Source: Brevundimonas sp.
Lineage (GTDB): Bacteria; Pseudomonadota; Alphaproteobacteria; Caulobacterales; Caulobacteraceae
Direction: 5' to 3'
NCBI RefSeq assembly: GCF_051860745.1
Contig: NZ_JBHYDN010000003.1
Span: 119,307 to 183,306 of the forward strand
Length of the DNA stretch: 64,000 nucleotides
Position numbers and translations under genes: made by a program. Positions 30,093-38,864 of the stretch are shown in pieces (position 1 is the first letter of the stretch; each line of letters opens with the position of its first letter). A model generated the notes under the pieces. It was not told the DNA's origin. It saw only the letters and a list, made by a program, of their open reading frames with translations, and searched no databases.

Positions 30093-30106
30093 TTGATCGG
30101 GATCAA
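30093..30106. promoter_or_regulatory. FixK box TTGAT-CGGG-ATCAA abutting a truncated USP
   Basis: Perfect consensus; CCTTGATCGGGATCAA is identical to the box at 38287. Confidence 0.75.
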
Positions 30107-30109
30107 ACC

Positions 30110-30539
30110 GGGCCGTCCGGTTCTGACCTTCCGCCCCGGAGTCGCGGATCTGCCGGTCGGCGACCTTGGCTCGGTTGTGCTCGCCTGGGACGGAACGCGC
30201 ACGGCCGCGCGGGCCATGGCCGACGCCTTGCCGATCCTCCAGAAAGCGCGCGAGGTTCGGGTGCTGACCGTGACCAATGAGAAGCCCTCCGCCCGCACCG
30301 GCCTGGGCAAGGACGCCGTGCGCCATCTTGCGGCGCACGGCGTGAACGCCCTCGTCGATGAAGTCGACGCCGGCGGCCGGCGCATCGGGCCCGTGTTTGA
30401 GGATTATCTGGCCCGACACGGTTCCGACCTCTTCGTCATGGGCGCCTATGGCCAGTCACGAGCAAGAGAGTTCATCCTCGGTGGCGCGACGGAACATATG
30501 CTGCACGACCCCCGGACGCCCTTGCTATTGTCCCACTGA
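30110..30539 (+). pseudogene. C-terminal half of a two-domain universal stress protein
   Basis: GRPVL...VVLAWDGTRTAARAMADALP...VMGAYGQSRAREFILGGAT. The N-terminal domain is absent. Confidence 0.65.
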
Positions 30540-30752
30540 CCGCTCACCGGCGAACATTGGCCTGGTATCCGGAGCGACGCATTCGGGCGGGCGTCGCAGC
30601 GGCTGGTCCGAAGGTCGCCATGGAACAGACCGTCGTCAACAGCGGTAGTTCCACTGCCGGCCACGATGGAAGCGGACGTTGAGGCTGATCAGATCGGGAG
30701 GTCGAGAATGCTCGGCGCCTCAACTCGAAGATCCTGGATGAGCCTTCCGCTT

Positions 30753-30766
30753 TTGACGCGTGTCAA
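30753..30766. promoter_or_regulatory. FixK box TTGAC-GCGT-GTCAA
   Basis: Perfect palindrome centred about 64 bp before the USP start. Confidence 0.8.
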
Positions 30767-30823
30767 GGCGGGCCGCGCCGTCGCTGCCTAAGAATATTCA
30801 ACGACAACCCGCCGAGGAGCAAC

Positions 30824-31753
30824 GTGATGAGCCAGCCATCGTGGACCGATGGATCGCCCAAGATCATCCTTCTGGCGACAGATCTCAGCAGCCGGTGCGA
30901 TCGGGCAATGGACCGCGCGGCGCACCTGGCGAATTTGTGGGGCGCGCGTCTCGTCGTGCTCAACGTCATCGAACATGAATATGAACTCGCCGAGCTTGCT
31001 CGATCAGATGATCTGCCCAGCTGGCGACGACCGCCGGAGAGGGAGGCGGTGGTGGCCGCCCAGGTGCGTCGTGATCAGGGCGTGACCCTGAAGGGGACGG
31101 AAATCCGCGTCGTCGAGGGCGCGGCGGTCGCGACCATTGAGGCCGTCGCCCGGGAAATCAGCGCAGACCTGATCGTCACCGGGATTGCGCGAGACGAGAC
31201 ACTCGGCCGCTACTTCCTCGGCTCTACGGTCGAGCGGCTGGCGCGCCGAACTCCGGTTCCTCTCTTGATCGTCAAAAGCCGCATGCGGCCCTATAGCGAG
31301 GTTCTCGTAGCGACCGACTTCTCTCCGTCTTCCCAGCATGCGCTCACGGCAGCCGCTCGCTTCTTCCCGCGCGCCCCGTTGACCCTTCTCCATGCCTGGG
31401 AAATTCCCTTCGCGGGGTTTCTGGACAAACCCGATTTCCGGCGTGAGTGGACGGCGATGGCGAAGGCGGGGTGTGACACGTTCGTGGCGCAGTCCGAGCT
31501 CTCCCAAAGCCAGCGTCGCGATCTGCAGGTCCTCCTGGAACATGGCTGCCCAGAGACGATGGTTCGCACCTACATGCGCGACAAGGGGGTGGACCTCGTC
31601 GTTGTAGGCACTCACGGTCGGAGTGGCCTCTTCGATGTCCGTCTCGGTGGCACCGCCAAGCGGATTCTGGAATCCGCCCCGGGCGACGTTCTTCTGGTCC
31701 GTGAACCTCGATCGGTTCGGCGCTCCATAGAAGCGTCGGCGGCGATCGACTGA
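30824..31753 (+). CDS. Two-domain universal stress protein
   Basis: ILLATDLS..., LGSTVERL, VLVATDFS, VVGTHGRSG...GGTAKRIL. Confidence 0.92.
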   Translation: MMSQPSWTDGSPKIILLATDLSSRCDRAMDRAAHLANLWGARLVVLNVIEHEYELAELARSDDLPSWRRPPEREAVVAAQVRRDQGVTLKGTEIRVVEGAAVATIEAVAREISADLIVTGIARDETLGRYFLGSTVERLARRTPVPLLIVKSRMRPYSEVLVATDFSPSSQHALTAAARFFPRAPLTLLHAWEIPFAGFLDKPDFRREWTAMAKAGCDTFVAQSELSQSQRRDLQVLLEHGCPETMVRTYMRDKGVDLVVVGTHGRSGLFDVRLGGTAKRILESAPGDVLLVREPRSVRRSIEASAAID

Positions 31754-31763
31754 AGGGCCTTCA

Positions 31764-34508
31764 ATGCTTGCACCCGAACCGACCGTCCCCTGGCATGCCG
31801 CCAGCGAGGAGGCCGTGCTTGAGACGCTTGGTGTCTCGCGCATTGGTCTCAGCACTTCGGCCGCCGCGGAACGGCTCGAACAGTTCGGCCCCAACGCGCT
31901 GCCGAAAGCCGAACGCAGATCTGCTCCGCGGCGCTTCCTCGCTCATTTCAACAATGTGCTGATCTACGTCCTGCTGGGCGCCGCGGCGCTGACCGCCGTC
32001 CTCGCGCACTGGGTGGACACGGGCGTGATCCTGGCGGTCGTGGTGGCCAACGCGATCATCGGTTTCATCCAGGAAGGCCGCGCCGAACAGGCGATGGACG
32101 CCATCCGCCAGATGCTGGCCCCGAAGTCGTCCGTGCTGCGTGGTGGCGAACGTCGGACCATTGACAGCGCCCTTCTGGCGCCGGGAGACGTCGTGCTGCT
32201 GGAGGCGGGTGAAAAGGTCCCGGCGGACATCCGCCTCCTCGAGGCGGCCGGGTTGCGTGTCGACGAGGCGATTCTCACGGGCGAGTCCGTACCGGTGGAC
32301 AAGCGAACGGAAGCCGTCCCACCGACCGCGCCGATTGGCGACCGATCCAGCATGGCCTTCAGCGGCACGCTCGTCGCGGCAGGAGCGGGGCGCGGCGTGG
32401 TCGTGGCGACGGGCGGGGGGACAGAGATCGGCCGTATCAGCGGCCTGCTTTCCACAGTGGAGACCCTGACCACGCCCCTGGTGCGTCAGATGGACGGCTT
32501 CGCCCGCTGGCTGACGGTCCTCATCCTGCTGATCGCCACGGTTCTGCTCGTCTATGGCTACTTCGTCGGGCACATGCCCTTCGCAGAACTGTTCATGATC
32601 GTGGTTGGCCTGTCGGTCGCCGCCATCCCCGAGGGGCTCCCCGCAGTCCTCACCATAACCCTGGCCATCGGGGTCCAGGCGATGGCCCGGCGCAACGCCA
32701 TCATCCGCCGGTTGCCCGCGATAGAGACGCTCGGGTCCGTATCGGTCATCTGCACCGACAAGACGGGCACGCTCACACGAAACGAGATGATGGTGACCAC
32801 ATTGGCGGGCGCTGACCGAACCTACGCCGTGACGGGCGTCGGCTACGCCCCCGAAGGCGCCATCCGCCTCGATCAGGCCGAGGTTGACCTTGCGGGACAT
32901 CCCGGACTGCTCGAGTTCGCCCGGGCGTCCGAGCTCTGCAACGACGCCGCCCTCCGCTGCCATGATGATCACTGGACGGTGGAGGGCGACCCCATGGAGG
33001 GAGCCCTGAAGGCCCTCGCCGGCAAGGTCGTGCGATCAGAACCAAGCCCCTTTGCAACCTGGCGGCGCGTCGCCACCATCCCCTTCGACGCTACGCACCG
33101 CTATATGGCGGTCCTTCATCAGGACCTCCAGGGGGGCGCCCGGATCACCGTCAAGGGCGCCCCGGAACGGATTCTCGCGATGTGTTCCGCCCAGCTCGGG
33201 GCGGATGGAGACGCGGAGACTCTGGACCTGGCCGCCTGGCATGGCCGGGTCGAGGCGATCGCGGCGCAGGGGCAGCGCGTCCTCGCCCTGGCCCAGCGCG
33301 AGACCCCGCGTGATCAGATCGCCCTGACCGCCGCCGATCTTGAGGGCCAGCTGGTGCTCATCGGACTGGTGGGCCTGATCGACCCGCCGCGCGCCGAGGC
33401 GATCGCCGCCGTCGCCGAATGTCGCGAGGCGGGCATCCGCGTGAAGATGATCACGGGAGACCACGCCGGTACGGCCGCGGCGATCGCCCGCCAGATCGGC
33501 CTGGAAAATCCCGATCGTGTCCTTACCGGCGCCGCGCTCGAACGAATGGATGACGCGCAACTGGCCGGCGCGGTGATTGACACGGACGTCTTCGCGAGGA
33601 CGAGCCCCGAGCACAAGTTGCGGCTGGTGACCGCGCTGCAGTCCCATCAGCTGACGGTCGCCATGACGGGCGACGGCGTGAATGACGCGCCGGCGCTGAA
33701 ACGGGCCGACGCCGGAATCGCGATGGGCCGGAAAGGCAGCGAAGCCGCCAAGGAAGCGTCGGACCTCGTTCTCGCCGACGACAATTTCGCCTCCATCGTC
33801 GCCGCGGTCCGCGAAGGCCGTACGGTCTATGACAACATCAAGAAGGTAATCAGCTGGACGCTGCCGACCAATGCCGGAGAGACGATGACGATCATCGTGG
33901 CCCTCTTGCTGGGTCTGGCGCTCCCGATTACCGCCATTCAGATCCTGTGGATCAATCTCATCACCGCGGTCACGCTCGGAATCGCACTCGCCTTTGAGCC
34001 GACCGAACCGAACACGATGAAGCGCCCGCCCCGTCGCCGCGGGGAGCCGCTGTTGACGGGAGAGCTGGTCTGGCACGTCGTCCTCGTCTCCACCCTGTTC
34101 CTGGCTGCGGTGTTCGGCGTTTACGCCCATGCCGTCGACAAGGGCCACGCACCCGAGCTCGCGCGCACCATGGCGGTCAACACCCTGGTGGTGCTGGAGA
34201 TCTTCCACCTGTTTTTCATCAGAAACATCTATGGAACATCGCTGACCTGGAAAGCCGTCCAGGGAACGCGCGTGATCTGGGTCTGCGTTGTTACCATCAC
34301 GGCGGCCCAGGTCCTCGTCACCTATGCGCCGCCTCTGCAACAGGTGTTCGGCACGCGGGCCGTCCCGCTGATGGACGGCATCCTTATCGTCGCCGTCGGC
34401 GCGGTCTTCTTCGCCATCATCGAGACCGAGAAGCAGCTTCGACTGGTCTTTCGCAAAGCCGGAAGTCCACCGGCCGGGGTCCACCACATCCGCCGCCTGG
34501 GCCAATGA
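31764..34508 (+). CDS. Cation-transporting P-type ATPase (type II, CtpF-like)
   Basis: TGES, PEGL, DKTGT, TGDH and TGDGVNDAPAL motifs. Confidence 0.93.
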   Translation: MLAPEPTVPWHAASEEAVLETLGVSRIGLSTSAAAERLEQFGPNALPKAERRSAPRRFLAHFNNVLIYVLLGAAALTAVLAHWVDTGVILAVVVANAIIGFIQEGRAEQAMDAIRQMLAPKSSVLRGGERRTIDSALLAPGDVVLLEAGEKVPADIRLLEAAGLRVDEAILTGESVPVDKRTEAVPPTAPIGDRSSMAFSGTLVAAGAGRGVVVATGGGTEIGRISGLLSTVETLTTPLVRQMDGFARWLTVLILLIATVLLVYGYFVGHMPFAELFMIVVGLSVAAIPEGLPAVLTITLAIGVQAMARRNAIIRRLPAIETLGSVSVICTDKTGTLTRNEMMVTTLAGADRTYAVTGVGYAPEGAIRLDQAEVDLAGHPGLLEFARASELCNDAALRCHDDHWTVEGDPMEGALKALAGKVVRSEPSPFATWRRVATIPFDATHRYMAVLHQDLQGGARITVKGAPERILAMCSAQLGADGDAETLDLAAWHGRVEAIAAQGQRVLALAQRETPRDQIALTAADLEGQLVLIGLVGLIDPPRAEAIAAVAECREAGIRVKMITGDHAGTAAAIARQIGLENPDRVLTGAALERMDDAQLAGAVIDTDVFARTSPEHKLRLVTALQSHQLTVAMTGDGVNDAPALKRADAGIAMGRKGSEAAKEASDLVLADDNFASIVAAVREGRTVYDNIKKVISWTLPTNAGETMTIIVALLLGLALPITAIQILWINLITAVTLGIALAFEPTEPNTMKRPPRRRGEPLLTGELVWHVVLVSTLFLAAVFGVYAHAVDKGHAPELARTMAVNTLVVLEIFHLFFIRNIYGTSLTWKAVQGTRVIWVCVVTITAAQVLVTYAPPLQQVFGTRAVPLMDGILIVAVGAVFFAIIETEKQLRLVFRKAGSPPAGVHHIRRLGQ

Positions 34509-34551
34509 GGCGCGCCGCGCTAAGAAGTTTATTGTGAGTCCCGAGCCGCCC

Positions 34552-36243
34552 TCAGTCGGTTGAGCGGGAGTCCTGTTTCGACATCGCCTCGATGCGTTGA
34601 ACGACCTGTTGCGCAGCGTCGGTAAAGGGCGTCGCCACCAGGTCAGCGCCTTCCTCCAGAATATATTGGTCTGGCGCCTGGTCCGTCGAGGTGACGGCGA
34701 CCCGTCCCGAGTAGCCCATAGCCCTGAGCTGGTGCAGGAGCACCAGCCGCGGATCGGCATGGCTGACACCCGCCTCGGCCGGGCGAATGGTGGCGACGAC
34801 CCATTCGGCGGAGTCGAGCGGCAAGGTCGCGAGGAATTCCGGGTCGGCGACATCTCCAAAGACGCCTTCGTTCCCTCGGCTCTGCCAGTCCCGCAGCGCT
34901 CGAGGGCTGATATCGACTCCCAGAACCCGCCGCCCGGCGGCCTTGAGGCCCGCGCCTATGGCCCCGCCGTAACGACCGAGTCCGAAGACGATCACATCCG
35001 GTCCATCGACCTCGCCCGGCTCGGCATGCCCGGATGGACTCCGTCGATTCACCTTCACGAAACCCAGCAGGGGCTCGCACAGCCGGTGAAGCTGGTGGGA
35101 GTAGGTGATCATATAGGTGGAGGCAGCGACGGTGATCAGCCCGACCAGGGTGACAAGCCCCAGCGAGGCCCCGGTCACATGCCCGAGCGAAACGCCCATC
35201 GCCATGAAGATCAGCGAGAACTCGCTGATCTGGGCGACCGTCAGCCCCGCGAGGAAGCCCGTCCGGGTATGATACCCCATCCTGGCCATGATCAGCACGA
35301 CGATGAGCGGATTGCCGACCAGCACAAAAAGGGAGAGCACCGCGGCTGCCCAGCCCCTTTGCCCGAGGGCTCCCAAGTCCAGCTGTGCGCCGAGGGCGAT
35401 GAAGAAGAACAACAGCAGGAAGTCCCGCAGGGGGGCCATCCGGGCGGCGATCGCGTCCCGGAACGGCGTGGATGCGAGGGCAACGCCCGCTAGCAGGCCG
35501 CCCAGCTCCTTACCGAAACCCAGACTCTCGCCCGCCGCGGCGAACACAGCCGCGAGCGCAAGCGAGAAGGCGATCAGCAACTCGGGCGTTCGGGCGAGCC
35601 GTTCGGTCAGGCGGTTCGCGCCAAACCGCGCGAAAAGGAGCACCAGGGCGAGGAGCGCCAGTCCGGAGCCCAGAACCGCGAGAATGTCGGCCGGGCCCGC
35701 ATCGGTCCGCGTCCCCACGCCAAACGCTGAGAGGGCGATCATCGCCAGCACCACGACTATGTCCTGGACGATCAGGAAGCCTAGGGCGATGCGGCCATGC
35801 AGAGTCTCGAGCTCCCGCTTGTCGGAGAGCAGCTTCACGATGATGATGGTGCTGGAGAAGGTGAGCGCCACGGCCACATAGAGAGAGGTCACCGGATCCA
35901 GCCCCAGGGCCAGGCAGATCAGGAAACCGAAGACGGACGTAAAGATCACTTGCCCCAGCCCTGTGGCGAGGGCGACGAAGCCCAGCGACCGCACAAGCTT
36001 CACGTCCAGCTTGAGCCCGACGAGGAACAGGAGGACGGCGATGCCGAGCTCCGCCAGCAGATCGATAGCCTCGCTCGACCGCGCCACATCGAGCATCGAC
36101 GGCCCCGTCAGGAGCCCGACGGCGATGAAGCTGACGATGAGCGGCTGTTTGAGCAGAACGCCGACGAAACCGAAGCCGGCGGCCAGCACCATCAGGGCGG
36201 CGATCTCATTGAAAATGGATGAGGCGATCCATTCACCAAGCAT
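34552..36243 (-). CDS. Cation:proton antiporter (CPA2/Kef-like) with C-terminal NAD-binding (TrkA_N) domain
   Basis: GIAVLLFLVGL, FSSTIIIVKLL, VQDI, AQISEFS, VFGLGRYG. Confidence 0.88.
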   Translation of the reverse strand: MLGEWIASSIFNEIAALMVLAAGFGFVGVLLKQPLIVSFIAVGLLTGPSMLDVARSSEAIDLLAELGIAVLLFLVGLKLDVKLVRSLGFVALATGLGQVIFTSVFGFLICLALGLDPVTSLYVAVALTFSSTIIIVKLLSDKRELETLHGRIALGFLIVQDIVVVLAMIALSAFGVGTRTDAGPADILAVLGSGLALLALVLLFARFGANRLTERLARTPELLIAFSLALAAVFAAAGESLGFGKELGGLLAGVALASTPFRDAIAARMAPLRDFLLLFFFIALGAQLDLGALGQRGWAAAVLSLFVLVGNPLIVVLIMARMGYHTRTGFLAGLTVAQISEFSLIFMAMGVSLGHVTGASLGLVTLVGLITVAASTYMITYSHQLHRLCEPLLGFVKVNRRSPSGHAEPGEVDGPDVIVFGLGRYGGAIGAGLKAAGRRVLGVDISPRALRDWQSRGNEGVFGDVADPEFLATLPLDSAEWVVATIRPAEAGVSHADPRLVLLHQLRAMGYSGRVAVTSTDQAPDQYILEEGADLVATPFTDAAQQVVQRIEAMSKQDSRSTD

Positions 36244-36360
36244 CAGATGTGGGTCTCCCTCTTCCCACCTGCCGATGGAGGCGGCGACTCGCGTTGGCGT
36301 TAGGGCGATCTGGCAGACTTTCACCCCTCAAGCCAATGCGGCAGCGAAGCGCTGACGGGG

Positions 36361-36374
36361 TTGATCCGGATCAA
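36361..36374. promoter_or_regulatory. FixK box TTGAT-CCGG-ATCAA
   Basis: Perfect palindrome between the divergent CPA2 and PRT genes. Confidence 0.88.
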
Positions 36375-36514
36375 GGCGGATGGTCGCCAACCGCGCATGA
36401 TTGATCGAATGGAGATCTCCGCTCGCTCCCACCGCAGGAGACGGATGTCCAGCCGTGACCTGCAGAACCGCGCCCGGCGCGTCAGCCGCAGCCAACCCCC
36501 TTCCGGAGGTGACC

Positions 36515-37159
36515 TTGTCCGACAGACTCCCGGCCTTCGCCGACCGCGCCGAAGCGGGGCGGCGCCTCGGCGAAATCCTGGCCGATCGTGTCCACGGAGA
36601 CGTGATCGTCTACGCCATCCCCCGCGGCGGCGTACCGGTCGCTCTCGAGGTCGCGCGCGCGCTGGAAGCGCCGCTAGACCTCGCCCTCGTGCGCAAGATC
36701 GGAGCGCCCGATGATCCGGAGGTGGCGCTCGCGGCCGTGATCGGCGGAAGCCATCCCACGACGGTCATCAACGAAGAAATCGTGAGAATGACCGGAACCC
36801 CCCCGGAGTGGCTGGAGCGGGAGCGCGTCGCTGCGCTCGCCGAAATCGATCAACGGCGCCGGTTGTACCTCGGCGACCGCAGGTCCCTCGACCCCAAGGG
36901 TCATGTGGCGGTGCTGGTGGACGACGGCATGGCCACAGGCGCCACGGCCCGAGCCGCTATCGCGGGGCTGCGCGCTCAGGGGGTGCGTCGGATCGTACTG
37001 GCCGTTCCAGTGGCGCCGCGATCGCTTGCGGCCGAGCTCCACGAGGAGGTCGATGAATTCGTCTGCCTTCTCCAGCCCGATGCGTTCAGATCGGTGGGCG
37101 ACGCCTATCGGGATTTCGATCAGGTCAGCGACGCCGACGTCGTGGCCTGCCTGGGCTGA
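36515..37159 (+). CDS. Phosphoribosyltransferase-family protein
   Basis: FADRAEAGRRL, IPRGGVPVA, VRKIGAP, VLVDDGMATGAT, AVPVAP. TTG start follows GGAGG. Confidence 0.88.
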   Translation: MSDRLPAFADRAEAGRRLGEILADRVHGDVIVYAIPRGGVPVALEVARALEAPLDLALVRKIGAPDDPEVALAAVIGGSHPTTVINEEIVRMTGTPPEWLERERVAALAEIDQRRRLYLGDRRSLDPKGHVAVLVDDGMATGATARAAIAGLRAQGVRRIVLAVPVAPRSLAAELHEEVDEFVCLLQPDAFRSVGDAYRDFDQVSDADVVACLG

Positions 37160-37257
37160 CCCCTCTCCCGAGCGGGGCGTCCCCACCTGGGCAGGATTCC
37201 GATCCGCTTCGGCGACGCTCGCCAAGGCGTCACGCGGCCCCGGTCCTGTCGGCGCGA

Positions 37258-38253
37258 TTACTCGCCTCGGCGGGCGTCCGGACTCGGGGGGATCCCCACG
37301 GAGGAGGTTTCGTCGATGGCGAAGACCGCCGCCTGGTCGGCGAGGCGAAGGACGTCCTCGCGCAAGCACAGGTCCGTCCCCGGCGAAAGCAGTGCGGCGC
37401 TGCCTGCCGCGATAGCGTAGCGCAACCCCTCGGCCGGGTCCCCCTCCCGGGCGAGAACCCACAGGAGCGCCCCAAGGAAGCTGTCGCCGGCGCCGACCGT
37501 GCTGACCGGTTCGATCGGCAGACCCGGGGATGTCCAGGCTGCCTCCCGGGTCGCCAGCAGCGCGCCCTCGGCGCCCAGGCTGAGGGCGACCGCCGCAGTT
37601 CCACCACCGTCGATTAGGTCGCGGCAAGCCTTGAGACGTTCGTCCGTCGTGGGGAGCGGCCGACCGACAAGGTCCGACAACTCCCGGAGATTAGGCTTTA
37701 TGAGATACACGCCCGCTTGCAGAGCCGCCTCCAGGGCGGGGCCGGAGCTGTCAATGACCAGGCGCAGGTCGCGTTCCTTCGCGCGGCGCGCCAGATCGTG
37801 CAGCCGTCGCGGCTCGACGCCCGGGGGCAGGCTGCCGCTGACGACCAGGAAACCGCCCTCGGTCCCGGCCGCGAGCGCCGCCTCAAGGCACCGGTCCAGT
37901 TCAGCGTTCGAAAGCACCGGGCCTGGCAGCACGAACCTGTATTCCGCGGTGTTGCTCAGGTCCATCACAGTGAAGCTCTCCCGTGTCTCTCCTTCGATCA
38001 CGGTCGCGAGGGAGGGCGCGCCTTCCGCCTCCAGAAGCGCGGTGAGCCGCTGCCCGGTCGGCCCGCCGGCGGGATAGACGGCCCGGGCCCCGCCGCCGAG
38101 GCGCTGGATCACACGCGCCACATTGATGCCGCCGCCCCCGGGATCGAAACGCGGCGGGGCGCAACGCAGCTTGTGCGCGGGCGCGATCCGCGGCGTGGCC
38201 GTCGATACATCAAGCGCCGGGTTGAGGGTCAGGGTCACGATGGCGGCGGGCAT
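37258..38253 (-). CDS. pfkB: 1-phosphofructokinase/PfkB family hexose kinase
   Basis: TLNPALD, PGGGGINVAR, SGSLPPG, IKPN, VGAGDSF. Confidence 0.88.
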   Translation of the reverse strand: MPAAIVTLTLNPALDVSTATPRIAPAHKLRCAPPRFDPGGGGINVARVIQRLGGGARAVYPAGGPTGQRLTALLEAEGAPSLATVIEGETRESFTVMDLSNTAEYRFVLPGPVLSNAELDRCLEAALAAGTEGGFLVVSGSLPPGVEPRRLHDLARRAKERDLRLVIDSSGPALEAALQAGVYLIKPNLRELSDLVGRPLPTTDERLKACRDLIDGGGTAAVALSLGAEGALLATREAAWTSPGLPIEPVSTVGAGDSFLGALLWVLAREGDPAEGLRYAIAAGSAALLSPGTDLCLREDVLRLADQAAVFAIDETSSVGIPPSPDARRGE

Positions 38254-38286
38254 GGTTTGATGTCGCCTGCCGGCAGGCGCCGCGCC

Positions 38287-38300
38287 TTGATCGGGATCAA
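38287..38300. promoter_or_regulatory. FixK box TTGAT-CGGG-ATCAA
   Basis: Perfect consensus with CC/GG flanks between pfkB and the PAS-like/ppsA operon. Confidence 0.9.
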
Positions 38301-38353
38301 GGCGGCCCGCGCCGATCCACGGACACTGGAGCCTCCCATCGAGCGAGGCCGTC

Positions 38354-38782
38354 ATGCACCCCTATTCCGCGCCCCGAACCCTGCCGCCCCGACTTGACCG
38401 CGCCCACGCCTACTGGCGGAGCCTGATCCGCAAGAAGGCGCCCATGCCCTTCTGGGACGATCTGACGCCTTCCGACATGGGCGACCTCGTGGACGACGCC
38501 TTTACGCTCGAGGTGTTCGACAAGCCGGAACGGTTCCGCTTCGCGCTGGTCGGAGAGGGCCTGGAGGCTGGAGGCGTCCCGGAGCTGGAGGGGACCTTCC
38601 TGGGGGAAGGGTCGCTCCCATCGCCGTTCGACTTTCTTCTCTCCCAAGCCAGCGCGACCGTGGAGGCCGGGCAGCCGACCCTGCACCGGTTCACCGGCCC
38701 GGATCGCTACGACCGGCTGCTCCTGCCGATGTGGGGCGACGGCCGCACCGGTCTCCTGCTGGGGGTGATCGACCGCCCCTGA
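38354..38782 (+). CDS. Stand-alone PAS-like (PAS_5-type) domain protein
   Basis: AYWRSL...P...D..P...RFRFALVG...RLLLPM pattern. Confidence 0.6.
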   Translation: MHPYSAPRTLPPRLDRAHAYWRSLIRKKAPMPFWDDLTPSDMGDLVDDAFTLEVFDKPERFRFALVGEGLEAGGVPELEGTFLGEGSLPSPFDFLLSQASATVEAGQPTLHRFTGPDRYDRLLLPMWGDGRTGLLLGVIDRP

Positions 38783-38864
38783 GCAACCCTTGGGCCCGCC
38801 TTGGTCGATCCCGAGGCGTAGTCCGCGACCGGGAACATTCCCGTTTTCAGACGGAGAGCCTCTG

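Noticed and set aside
36445-36714. ATG with a strong AGGAGA RBS out of frame with the PRT gene
   Set aside because: The product is low-complexity and overlaps PRT; it may be a deletion remnant but cannot be supported.
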